Source of the DNA: Bacillota bacterium
GTDB lineage: Bacteria; Bacillota; Sulfobacillia; RBS10-35; Bu92
Reading direction: 5' to 3'
Assembly: GCA_014896375.1 (NCBI GenBank)
Contig: JADBKN010000046.1
Coordinates: 3,376 to 67,375 of the forward strand
DNA length: 64,000 nt
Notes under the pieces: model-generated
What the model was told of the DNA's origin: nothing
Seen by the model: only the letters and a program-made list of their open reading frames with translations
The model's database searches: none
Made by a program: the position numbers and the translations under genes
Part shown: positions 49,124 to 57,243 of the stretch, one piece after another
How the letters are laid out: the number at the start of each line of letters is the position of its first letter
Position numbering within the stretch: the first letter of the stretch is position 1

Positions 49124-51610
49124 ATGGCGAAACGTCGGTCGGCCGCCAGGAGGGCGCCGCAGCCAGCAGCGTACGGGACGCCGAGCAAGGGGGCCAGGGA
49201 GGCCGAGGGCGCCCTCGGCACCGCTTGGGGCCGGGTCCTGCCGTTCGCCTACATGGCGGTTCTCATCTTTTCTCCTGAACTTCGCGGCCTCTACTTTCCG
49301 TTTCAGCAGATGGAGATCTTCGCGCTGCTCATCGTGCTTCTCTTCGCCTGGGTGACGTGGCGAAGACTATCGCTCAAAGAAGACGCATGGCAGGGGTGGG
49401 GCCGGTTCGAGGCGGCGGCGGCCGCGCTCGTGGCGCTGTACCTCGCCTCGGCCGCGTGGGCGGCTGACCCGCGCGCCGCGGTGCAGACGGCCATCCTCTA
49501 TGGGCTGAGCCTCGCCGGCCTCCTCTTCGCCGCGCGGCTGGACGCGCCGGAGCGCGTCCGGCTGATGTGGGCGGCCGTAGCGGCGGGGACGCTCGTGGCC
49601 GCGCTCGGCGTCGGCGCCGCGGCGGGCACCGTGCACGGCAACGGGTACGTGGATGGCACACGCGTGCTTTCCGCCTTGCAGTACCCGAACAGCACGGCCG
49701 CCTACCTCATGACGTGCCTGCTCGTGGCGTACGGCCTTTGGACGCGTCAGACGGCGCCGCGGGCTTGGACGTCGGCCGTGGCGGCTGCGGCGGCGTCGGT
49801 CATGCTCGTCGTCTTCGTCTACACGCAGTCGCGCGGCGCGTGGCTCGTGTTCCCGGCGGGTCTCCTCCTTTTGTGGGCCAGCCAGCCGGCGGGGCTCCGC
49901 CTCCGCGTGGTGGAGGCGGCCATGGCCACGCTCGCGGCGGCCGCGCCGGCGGTCGTCCTCTTCAACCGGTTCTTCAACCCGTCGACGCTGTCAGCGCCGG
50001 CGCGCCCCGGCGTGTGGCTGGCGGTCCTGGCGGCCGTCGTCCTGGGCGCGGCGCTCGGGGCGGTCGTGCCCTGGCTCTGGCGCCGGTCGGCGGGGGTGCG
50101 CCTCGCGCTGGTGGCCGCCGTGGCGTTCGCGGGCGCGGCGGCCGCAGCCTTGTACCTGAGGGTCCACGGCCTGCCGTCGGCGATCGCCCAGCGGGCTTCG
50201 GACATCTCCCTGTCGACGTTCAATGCGTACTCCCGTGTCGTGTACACGCAGGATGCGTTGAAGATCGTGCGGGACCATCCCGTGCTCGGCGTCGGAGGAG
50301 GCGGGTGGAACGCGGTCTACCACGCGTACCAGACGTTCAACTACTACACCACCCAGGTGCACAACGACTTCGCGCAGGTGTGGGTGGAAGTCGGCACGGT
50401 TGGGATGCTGCTCTACCTGGGCCTGTGGGCCGCGTTCCTGTGGGCCGGCGCGCGGCTCTGGCGGGCGGACGCCGCCTCGCCAGGGGTGCCGGCGACGGCC
50501 GCGGCCCTGGCTCTCGGGGCGCACAGCGCCATCGACTTCAACCTCTCGCTCGGCGCCATCAACCTCCTGCTGTGGAGCCTCTGGGGCGTCGTCTGGGCGG
50601 AGGCGCGGCGGGCGGCCGCGGGCGGGGCTGGCCGGAGCGGCGCCGTGGCGCGCGGCGTTGGTGCGGTCGCCGAATCGGGCGCGGCGCGGCCGGAGGTGGC
50701 GGCGGCGCGGGGCGAGGGCGCTCGCCCGCGGCCGCGCCCCCGGCGCTACGCCGCACGGGCCTCGCGCCCCTCGTGGGGCGCCGCGGCAGCATTCCACGCG
50801 CTCTGCGGCCTGGCGCTCCTGGGCACGCTGATCCTCATGCTGGGCTACGCCAGCGGGGACGCGGCGGCCCAGGCGCTGAACAGGGGCGACGCTCAACGGG
50901 CGCGCACGCTGTTCCAGCGCGCCGTGGCCGCCGACCCCTTTCAGGCCACCTACCGCATGGACCTGGGCCAGTCGCTCTACCTGGTGGGCGACGCGGACGG
51001 CGATGCCGGGCTGAAGGCCCAGGGCATGGCCGCCATGGCGCGCGCCGTTCGCATGGCCCCTTATGACGCCAACCTGCGCACGACGTACGCGAACTACCTC
51101 CTTCGCGCCGGTGACATCGCGGCCGGTCTGCAAGAGCTGCGCCGGGCGCTGCAGCTCAACCCGACGGAGCCGCGCCGCTACGAAAACCTGGCTGCCGGCC
51201 TCGTCAGCGCGGCGGCGGCGTACGTGCGGGCCGGCCGCCCGGAGCAGGCGCGGCCGCTTCTCGACGAGGTCATCGCGCTGCCGCAGAAGCTCAAGGCGCA
51301 GCACGACGCCGAGCCGGAGGCGGCGCAGTCGCAACGCACGCCCGATCGCACCGACGCCTTGGACGGCCTTGCCGGCCGGGCGTACGCCATGCGCGGCGAC
51401 TGGGCGCAGGCGGCGACGCTCCTGGAGCGCGGCACGCACGTGGCGCAGCAGCCGGCGGCCGGCGAAGCGACGCTGTGGCTGGGGCTCGTCAAACAGAAGA
51501 CCGGGGCGCAGGACGCACAAGCCACGCTGGATCGCGCGCGCCAGCTGCTGGGCGGCGCCTACGACCAAGCGGTGAAGGAAACGGAGCCGCTCCTCGGGGC
51601 GGTGAAGTGA
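49124..51610 (+). CDS. O-antigen ligase/polymerase family membrane protein with C-terminal TPR repeats
   Basis: Many TMs; LQYPN, TQSRGAW, HPVLGVGGGGW, VHNDFAQ..VEVG, HSAIDF; TPR-like helices at the C-terminus. Confidence 0.88.
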   Translation: MAKRRSAARRAPQPAAYGTPSKGAREAEGALGTAWGRVLPFAYMAVLIFSPELRGLYFPFQQMEIFALLIVLLFAWVTWRRLSLKEDAWQGWGRFEAAAAALVALYLASAAWAADPRAAVQTAILYGLSLAGLLFAARLDAPERVRLMWAAVAAGTLVAALGVGAAAGTVHGNGYVDGTRVLSALQYPNSTAAYLMTCLLVAYGLWTRQTAPRAWTSAVAAAAASVMLVVFVYTQSRGAWLVFPAGLLLLWASQPAGLRLRVVEAAMATLAAAAPAVVLFNRFFNPSTLSAPARPGVWLAVLAAVVLGAALGAVVPWLWRRSAGVRLALVAAVAFAGAAAAALYLRVHGLPSAIAQRASDISLSTFNAYSRVVYTQDALKIVRDHPVLGVGGGGWNAVYHAYQTFNYYTTQVHNDFAQVWVEVGTVGMLLYLGLWAAFLWAGARLWRADAASPGVPATAAALALGAHSAIDFNLSLGAINLLLWSLWGVVWAEARRAAAGGAGRSGAVARGVGAVAESGAARPEVAAARGEGARPRPRPRRYAARASRPSWGAAAAFHALCGLALLGTLILMLGYASGDAAAQALNRGDAQRARTLFQRAVAADPFQATYRMDLGQSLYLVGDADGDAGLKAQGMAAMARAVRMAPYDANLRTTYANYLLRAGDIAAGLQELRRALQLNPTEPRRYENLAAGLVSAAAAYVRAGRPEQARPLLDEVIALPQKLKAQHDAEPEAAQSQRTPDRTDALDGLAGRAYAMRGDWAQAATLLERGTHVAQQPAAGEATLWLGLVKQKTGAQDAQATLDRARQLLGGAYDQAVKETEPLLGAVK

Positions 51611-51691
51611 GGGCGCCGGACGGCGAAGCGGGACGCGCCCCCGAAAGCGCGTCCGGGCGCGCGGCGAAGCGCGCGGCGGGAGGTGGAGGCG

Positions 51692-52345
51692 ATGGATGCG
51701 ATCGTTTTGGCGGCCGGCCGCGGTGTGCGCATGGGGCGTGAGATGCCCAAGCAGTTCCTGCGCCTCGCCGGCAAGCCGCTCCTCGTCCATGTGCTGGAGG
51801 TCTTCGAGGCGATGGAGGAAGTGGAGCGCGTGTGGGTCACGGCGCTCGCCGGCTACGAGGACGAGTACCGCCGCCTCTTCCGGCAGTACCGCCTTGAGAA
51901 GCCGGAGCTGGTGCCGGGCGGCGAGACGCGGCAGTGGTCCGTGGCGCGCGCGCTTGAGGCCGTGCGCAGCCCGCGCGTGATCGTGCATGAGGCCGTGCGG
52001 CCGTTCATCGGCGCCGGCTTCGTCCGGGAGCTCCTCGCCTGGCCGGATGCGGCCGTCGTGCCCACGCAGCCGATCCCCTTCACCGTGGCCGAGGGCGACG
52101 CGTTCATGACGGCGGAGCTCAACCGTGCGCGCCTCCACAATGTGCAGCTGCCGCAGGTGTTCGACACGGCCGTCCTGCGGGAGGCGCACCGCCGTTTCCG
52201 GGAGCCGGGCGACGCGACGGAAGACTCGCTGCTCGTCTTCCGCCTGGGGGAGCGGGTGCGCTTCGTCCCCGGGCGGGAGGAGAACATCAAGATCACGACG
52301 CCGCTCGACCTGCAACTGGCCGAGCTGATCTACCGTGAGCGCTGA
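51692..52345 (+). CDS. IspD/TarI family cytidylyltransferase
   Basis: IVLAAGRGVRM....PKQF..LAGKP, GGETRQ.S, HEAVRPF, QLPQVF, ATED, NIKITTPLDL. Confidence 0.9.
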   Translation: MDAIVLAAGRGVRMGREMPKQFLRLAGKPLLVHVLEVFEAMEEVERVWVTALAGYEDEYRRLFRQYRLEKPELVPGGETRQWSVARALEAVRSPRVIVHEAVRPFIGAGFVRELLAWPDAAVVPTQPIPFTVAEGDAFMTAELNRARLHNVQLPQVFDTAVLREAHRRFREPGDATEDSLLVFRLGERVRFVPGREENIKITTPLDLQLAELIYRER

Positions 52346-53063
52346 GGGCGGGCGTGTCGTCATCGTCACGGGGGCGAGCCGCGGCATCGGCCGCGCCATC
52401 GCCGTGGAATTGAGCCGCGCCGGGGAGTCCGTGGTGGCCGTGGCGCGCACGGCGAGGGACCTCGAGGAGACGTTGCGGTTCATGGAGGAGGTCCGCCCGG
52501 CGGGGAGCGCGGCGCGCCACTCCATCCACATCGCCGACGTCACGCGGGAGAGCGAGGTCGAGGCCCTCTTCCGCGGCGCGGCGGAGCGGTACGGCCGCGT
52601 CGACGTGCTCGTCAACAACGCCGGCCACGTCGACCCCGTCGGCATCCTGGAGATGACGCTGGAGAACTGGACGCACACGCTGGCCACCAACCTCACGGCC
52701 GCGTTCCTCTGCACGCGGGAGTTCGTGCGCGCGAACAAGCGCGTGGGCGGCAAGATCATCAACATCGCGAGCACCGCCGGCCTCACGCCGCGGCCGGGGT
52801 GGAGCGCATACGCGGCCGCCAAGGCGGGGCTGATCAACTTCTCCCTGACGATGTCGGAAGAGCTGAAGCCGTACGGCATTAAGGTATATTGCGTGGCTCC
52901 GGGGCGCACCGCCACGGAGCTGCGGCAGAAACTCGCTCCAGAGGAGGATCCGGCGACGATCCTGCAACCGGCGGCCGTCGGGCGGCTGGTGCGGCTGCTC
53001 GTGTCCCCGGAGGGGGACTACATCGACCAGCAGACGATCGTCATCCGGAAGCCGCTGCCATGA
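52335..53063 (+). CDS. SDR oxidoreductase (probable sugar-phosphate/CDP-ketose reductase)
   Basis: TGASRGIG, NNAG, YAAAK, APGRTATELR; overlaps the upstream cytidylyltransferase. Confidence 0.88.
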   Translation: MSAEGGRVVIVTGASRGIGRAIAVELSRAGESVVAVARTARDLEETLRFMEEVRPAGSAARHSIHIADVTRESEVEALFRGAAERYGRVDVLVNNAGHVDPVGILEMTLENWTHTLATNLTAAFLCTREFVRANKRVGGKIINIASTAGLTPRPGWSAYAAAKAGLINFSLTMSEELKPYGIKVYCVAPGRTATELRQKLAPEEDPATILQPAAVGRLVRLLVSPEGDYIDQQTIVIRKPLP

Positions 53064-53821
53064 AAGGGCCGAGGACGGGCGGGACGGGCGCGGCGGTCAC
53101 GCCGGGCGCGGCGCCGCGCGTGCGTGAGGGGCTGCGCGCGGCGGACAACCCCTTCACGGTGATCTTCATCGACCCTCTGGCCGTGCCGCTCGTGCGCTGG
53201 CTGGCGCGCCGGCCGCGGGTGCGGCCGAACCACGTGACGCTTGCAGGGCTGGCGTTGGGGCTGCTCGCCGGACCGCTCTACGCGTGGGGCGAGGCCGCGT
53301 GGGGGAACCCCTGGCCGGGCGCCGTGGCCTTCTATCTCGCGCTGCTGGCGGACTGCGTGGACGGGAAGCTGGCGCACTTCACCGGGCGGACGAGCGCCGC
53401 CGGCAAGCGGCTGGAGAACCTCGCCGACCGCGGCCGCGTACTTTCCGCGTGGCTCGGCTTCTGGATGCTGGCTGCGCTGCGGGGCGACCTCTGGCTCGCC
53501 GCCGCCGCCGGAGGCTACGCGCTGGTGCCGGCGGTGCGCGCACTCGACCGGCGCCGGCGCGGACCGCAGGCGCCCGACCCCGGCCGCTGGCTGCAGGCGA
53601 GGCTGCGCGTGCCGGAGGCGCTGCGGCGGCGGCGCATCGGCGTGTGGTACGGCAGCTGGGACCGGGCGGCCCTGTGCTTCGCCGTGGCGCCGTGGCTCGA
53701 TGACGGGGCGGGGCCGCTGGCGCTCGCCGCCGTGCTCCTGGACGCGCTGCAATACGCGGCCGGAGCGTGGTGGATGCGGCGCGCCGGCCGGGACGCGTGG
53801 GCGGGGGCGGTCCGCGGGTGA
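53060..53821 (+). CDS. CDP-alcohol phosphotransferase family membrane protein
   Basis: PNHVT; DCVDGKLAH..GRTSAAGKRLENLAD; ATGA overlap with the SDR. Confidence 0.8.
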   Translation: MKGPRTGGTGAAVTPGAAPRVREGLRAADNPFTVIFIDPLAVPLVRWLARRPRVRPNHVTLAGLALGLLAGPLYAWGEAAWGNPWPGAVAFYLALLADCVDGKLAHFTGRTSAAGKRLENLADRGRVLSAWLGFWMLAALRGDLWLAAAAGGYALVPAVRALDRRRRGPQAPDPGRWLQARLRVPEALRRRRIGVWYGSWDRAALCFAVAPWLDDGAGPLALAAVLLDALQYAAGAWWMRRAGRDAWAGAVRG

Positions 53822-55701
53822 GCGCGCCGCGCGTGACGGTACTCGTCGTCGTGCGGAACGAGGCGGCCGCGCTCGACCGCCTGCTGGAGAGCCTCATGCG
53901 CCAGACGCTCCCTCCGGAGGAGTGGGAGTGGATCGTCGTCGACGGCCTTTCGGAAGACGGCAGCCGCGCCGTGGCGGAGCGCTGGGCCGCGCGTTGCGCG
54001 GCGCGGGGCGGCCCGGCGGCGCTCGTCTTGGAGAACCCCGGGCGCATCCTGGCGAGCGGCTGGAACATCGGCCTGCGCGCGGCGCGCGCGCCGGTGGTGC
54101 TGCGCCTCGATGCGCACGCGGCCGTGCCGCCCGACTTTCTTGAGCGCTCGCTCGCCGCCTTGGACGCGCGCCGAGAGGCGTGGGCGGCGGGCGGTGTGCT
54201 GCGCACCGTGGGCCGCGGCTACTGGGGGCGCGTCAACGCCGTGGTGCTGAGCCACCCCTTCGGCGTGGGGGATTCGCCCTTCCGCGTGAGCGCGGGCGCA
54301 CGGGCGCGCAGAGCGGGCGCCGGCGAGCCCCGCTGGGCCGACACCGCCCCCTACGCCGCCTACCGGCGCTGGGTCTTCGAGCGCGTGGGGTACTTTCGAG
54401 AGGCGTTGCGGCGCAACGAGGACCTGGAGCTGCATGCGCGCGTGCGCGCAGCCGGCGGGCGGTTCTGGCTGGATCCGTCGATCGTGGTCGAGTACGAGGC
54501 GCGCCCCACCCTGCGCGGCCTTCTTCAGAAGGCGTGGGGCGACGGCTTTTGGAGCGTGCGCGCGTGGCGCCTGCAGCGCGGCGCCTTCCGCCCGCGCCAC
54601 TTGGCGCCGCCCGTCTTCGCCGCCGCGATTCTGCTGGCGCTGGGGGCGCTCCTCTGGCCCGCGGAGCGGCCGGCCGGCGCGGCCCTGCTCCTTGCGTACT
54701 GCGCCGCGGTGCTCGTCGCGGCGGCGCACGCCGCCGCGCGCGCGGGCGACCCGCGCCTCTTCCCGGGTCTCTGCCTCGCCTTCCCCGCCTTCCACCTCAC
54801 GCGCGGCCTCGCTTCGCTCGTGAGCCTCGCCCTGCGGTGGCGGGCGGACCCTCCGGGGCGTCCGGCCGCCCGCGATCCCTTCCGCGCCGCCGTGCAGGCC
54901 GGCATCGTCGACGCGCCGGGGGAGTCGTGGTACGGGCCGCTCGTCTCGCGGCGCGTCTCGCACCGCATCTCACGCTGGCTCGTGCGGCGCACGCGCGTGA
55001 CGGCGAACCAGGTGACGGCCGCCATGGTGGCCGCGGGCGCGGTGGGCGTCGCCCTCTTCGCGGGCCGGCCGCCGCTCGCTTGGCTCCTGGGGGCGGCGCT
55101 TCTGCACGCCTGGCTCATCCTGGACGCCGTGGACGGCGAGGTGGCGCGCGGCCGCGGCGCCACGAGCGCCGCCGGCGTGTACCTCGACCACGTGGGCCAC
55201 TACCTCGTCAATCCGGGGCTTCTCTGGGCGCTCTGGATGACGGAGCGGCTGCTCCCGGGGGAGGCGCGCTGGGCGCTCGGCACGGCCGGATTCGCCGCGG
55301 GGGTGCTCTCCAAGGCGGTGGGCGACGCGGCCGCCGCCCTGCGCCTGCACGCGCTGGAGGCGCGGCACCGGCGGCAGGCGGAGGCGGCCGGTGCGGATGC
55401 GGGCGCCGCGGACGGCGCGGGCGCGCCGGCGGGCGTGGGTGGAGGGGCGGCGGGCGCGGGCGGAGGGGCGCCGGAACCCGGAGACGGCCGCCTGGCCGCC
55501 TTCCGCTGGCTCAGCGACGCCGCCACGCCGCTTTCGGCGCTGACGGTCATCGCCGTCTGGGCGGCTGTCGTCCCGGGCACAGCCGGGCCCTTCCTCGCCG
55601 GCGGCCTGGCGGGGGCGGCTCTCACGCTGGTGCACCTCGCCAAGGCGGCCGTCGTCTTCTCCGGCCACTACCGCGCCTTCTCCCGCGCGGCCCGCAGCTG
55701 A
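53818..55701 (+). CDS. Fusion: GT2 glycosyltransferase (ExoA-like) plus CDP-alcohol phosphotransferase domain
   Basis: N: VRNE, VVDGLSEDGS, RLDAH, RNEDLEL; C: TANQVT, LDAVDGEVAR..GATSAAGVYLDHVGH; single uninterrupted ORF; GTGA overlap. Confidence 0.85.
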   Translation: MSAPRVTVLVVVRNEAAALDRLLESLMRQTLPPEEWEWIVVDGLSEDGSRAVAERWAARCAARGGPAALVLENPGRILASGWNIGLRAARAPVVLRLDAHAAVPPDFLERSLAALDARREAWAAGGVLRTVGRGYWGRVNAVVLSHPFGVGDSPFRVSAGARARRAGAGEPRWADTAPYAAYRRWVFERVGYFREALRRNEDLELHARVRAAGGRFWLDPSIVVEYEARPTLRGLLQKAWGDGFWSVRAWRLQRGAFRPRHLAPPVFAAAILLALGALLWPAERPAGAALLLAYCAAVLVAAAHAAARAGDPRLFPGLCLAFPAFHLTRGLASLVSLALRWRADPPGRPAARDPFRAAVQAGIVDAPGESWYGPLVSRRVSHRISRWLVRRTRVTANQVTAAMVAAGAVGVALFAGRPPLAWLLGAALLHAWLILDAVDGEVARGRGATSAAGVYLDHVGHYLVNPGLLWALWMTERLLPGEARWALGTAGFAAGVLSKAVGDAAAALRLHALEARHRRQAEAAGADAGAADGAGAPAGVGGGAAGAGGGAPEPGDGRLAAFRWLSDAATPLSALTVIAVWAAVVPGTAGPFLAGGLAGAALTLVHLAKAAVVFSGHYRAFSRAARS

Positions 55702-55736
55702 AGCCGGGGGCTGCCGGGCGGCCGCGCGCGCCGGTG

Positions 55737-56138
55737 TCACGGCCGGCCCGCAGGGCGCGTCGAGAGGCGCCGGTACACGTCCGCCGGCGCGTGACGGTGG
55801 CCGAAGCCCAACATCTCCGTCCGGTCCCCGCGCGGCCGGTACACGATGCGAAGGTCGGCCCGCGCCCGCCGTTCGGGCCGTGCGGGGAACGCGTGCCGCC
55901 GCCAGCCCTGGAAGCGTCCCGTCAGATCCTTGCCCGGCCGCCGGGTGTGCACGATGCGCAACTGATGGAGGATGGCCGCAAGCGCCGTCCAGTGGGCGTG
56001 GGCATCGGGATATGCGTGTTCAAGATCGCGAAGGTCACGGGACAGATCCCCCGCGTGGATGAGGAGGCAGTCCATTTCGGCGAGCTGTGCCAAGAACCGC
56101 AGGCTGTTCTCCCGGTGAAGCCGTGATGCCGGAGGCAG
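55737..56138 (-). CDS. Putative RelE/ParE-like toxin (start uncertain: CTG 56138, TTG 56093 or ATG 56075)
   Basis: GKDLTGRFQGWRR..F........DLRIVYR......LGFGHR....DVY resembles the RelE-superfamily C-terminal core. Confidence 0.6.
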   Translation of the reverse strand: MPPASRLHRENSLRFLAQLAEMDCLLIHAGDLSRDLRDLEHAYPDAHAHWTALAAILHQLRIVHTRRPGKDLTGRFQGWRRHAFPARPERRARADLRIVYRPRGDRTEMLGFGHRHAPADVYRRLSTRPAGRP

Positions 56139-56141
56139 TCC

Positions 56142-56471
56142 TCACTCCTCCTCCAACAGCAGCCGGGCCTTCCGCGCTTCTGCTTCCGCCGGCCGGCGCT
56201 CGTGATCGAGCCGCTCGCCCCAGACGCGCTCGATCTCGAGCTGCTCCAGTTGTTCCTCCAGTTGTTCGGCGTACGCTTCCAGGCGTTGCACGGCCCGCCA
56301 CGCGTCCGGGCTCAGCAGCACGCCCACCACTTCGTGGCGGTGCACCACGCGCAGCTTGCCCGCGGCCGCCAGCCGGCGCCTCCATTCCGGCTGCCGCAGC
56401 TCCGTGAGGCTCACCTGCGCATCCAGGTCGAACCCGCGGCGGATCTCCTCCCTCAACGCGTCGAGCGACAT
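56142..56471 (-). CDS. Putative antitoxin (Phd/YefM-like)
   Basis: GGAGGAGG RBS; VSLTELR...KLRVVHRHEVVGVLLSPDAW then acidic coiled tail EQLEEQLEQLE; sits upstream of a toxin-like gene. Confidence 0.65.
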   Translation of the reverse strand: MSLDALREEIRRGFDLDAQVSLTELRQPEWRRRLAAAGKLRVVHRHEVVGVLLSPDAWRAVQRLEAYAEQLEEQLEQLEIERVWGERLDHERRPAEAEARKARLLLEEE

Positions 56472-56515
56472 GTTCCCTTCCTCCTCCACGGTCTGCGCCT
56501 CCAACTTATGGCAAT

Positions 56516-56553
56516 GGACAGTTCTGTGTCAATAAATTGACAGTTCATTGTCA
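56516..56553. promoter_or_regulatory. Twin palindromic operator overlapping a minus-strand TTGACA
   Basis: gGACA-GTTCTG-TGTCA (56516-56531) and TGACA-GTTCAT-TGTCA (56538-56553), 22 bp apart, in an AT-rich patch. Confidence 0.65.
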
Positions 56554-56706
56554 CTGATATGCATTCGCCACGTGCGGGATGTCTCATCGCATCCCGCCAC
56601 TCGATACCCCGGCCGCCCCCCGCCGCCCCGCCCGTTCCTCCCCCGCGGAAGGACCGCACCCCCGACGCGCGGTAGAATGGAAGTCGATCGCGAAGGGGGT
56701 AGGCGC

Positions 56707-57243
56707 ATGGCCATCCAGACCGTGGAACGGACCGGCCGCCCGCGCAAGGTGCCGGTCACGTTCACCGTCAACGGCGAGCTCCGCGAAGTGTGGGTGGAGC
56801 CGCGCCGCACGCTCCTTGATGCGTTGCGCATCGACCTCGGCCTCACCGGCACCAAGGAGGGCTGCGACCACGGCAACTGCGGCGCCTGCACGGTGATCGT
56901 CGACGGCCGCGCCGTCTACAGCTGCCTCACGCTGGCCGTCTCCTGCGAGGGCGCCTCCATCGAGACCGTCGAGGGGCTGAGCCGGCCGGGCCGGCTGCAT
57001 CCCATCCAACAGGCCTTCCTTGAGCGCGACGCCTTCCAGTGCGGCTACTGCACGCCTGGGCAGATCATGAGCGCCAAGGCGCTCCTCGACCGCCGCCCGG
57101 ACCCGTCTCCGGAAGAGATCCGCGAGGCGATGTCCGGCAACCTCTGCCGTTGCGGCGCGTACCCGCGCATCGTCGAGGCCGTGCGCGCCGCCGCCGCCGC
57201 GCTGCGCGCGGAGGGCGCGGGGGAGGGCGGAGCCCGTGCCTAG
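56707..57243 (+). CDS. Xanthine dehydrogenase family 2Fe-2S subunit (PaoA/YagT-like)
   Basis: GTKEGCDHGNCGACTV, QCGYCTPG, NLCRCGAY. Confidence 0.95.
   Translation: MAIQTVERTGRPRKVPVTFTVNGELREVWVEPRRTLLDALRIDLGLTGTKEGCDHGNCGACTVIVDGRAVYSCLTLAVSCEGASIETVEGLSRPGRLHPIQQAFLERDAFQCGYCTPGQIMSAKALLDRRPDPSPEEIREAMSGNLCRCGAYPRIVEAVRAAAAALRAEGAGEGGARA

Noticed and set aside
51692-52345. Housekeeping ispD of the MEP pathway
   Set aside because: No ispF; coupled to an SDR and phosphotransferases; HEAVRP instead of HDGARP, so no gene symbol given
56142-56144. Selenocysteine recoding of the in-frame TGA
   Set aside because: No convincing SECIS-like hairpin downstream and no redox-motif context
56035-56145. 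GTG-started ORF overlapping the antitoxin stop as the toxin
   Set aside because: Short and featureless; the RelE-like motifs lie in the antitoxin frame
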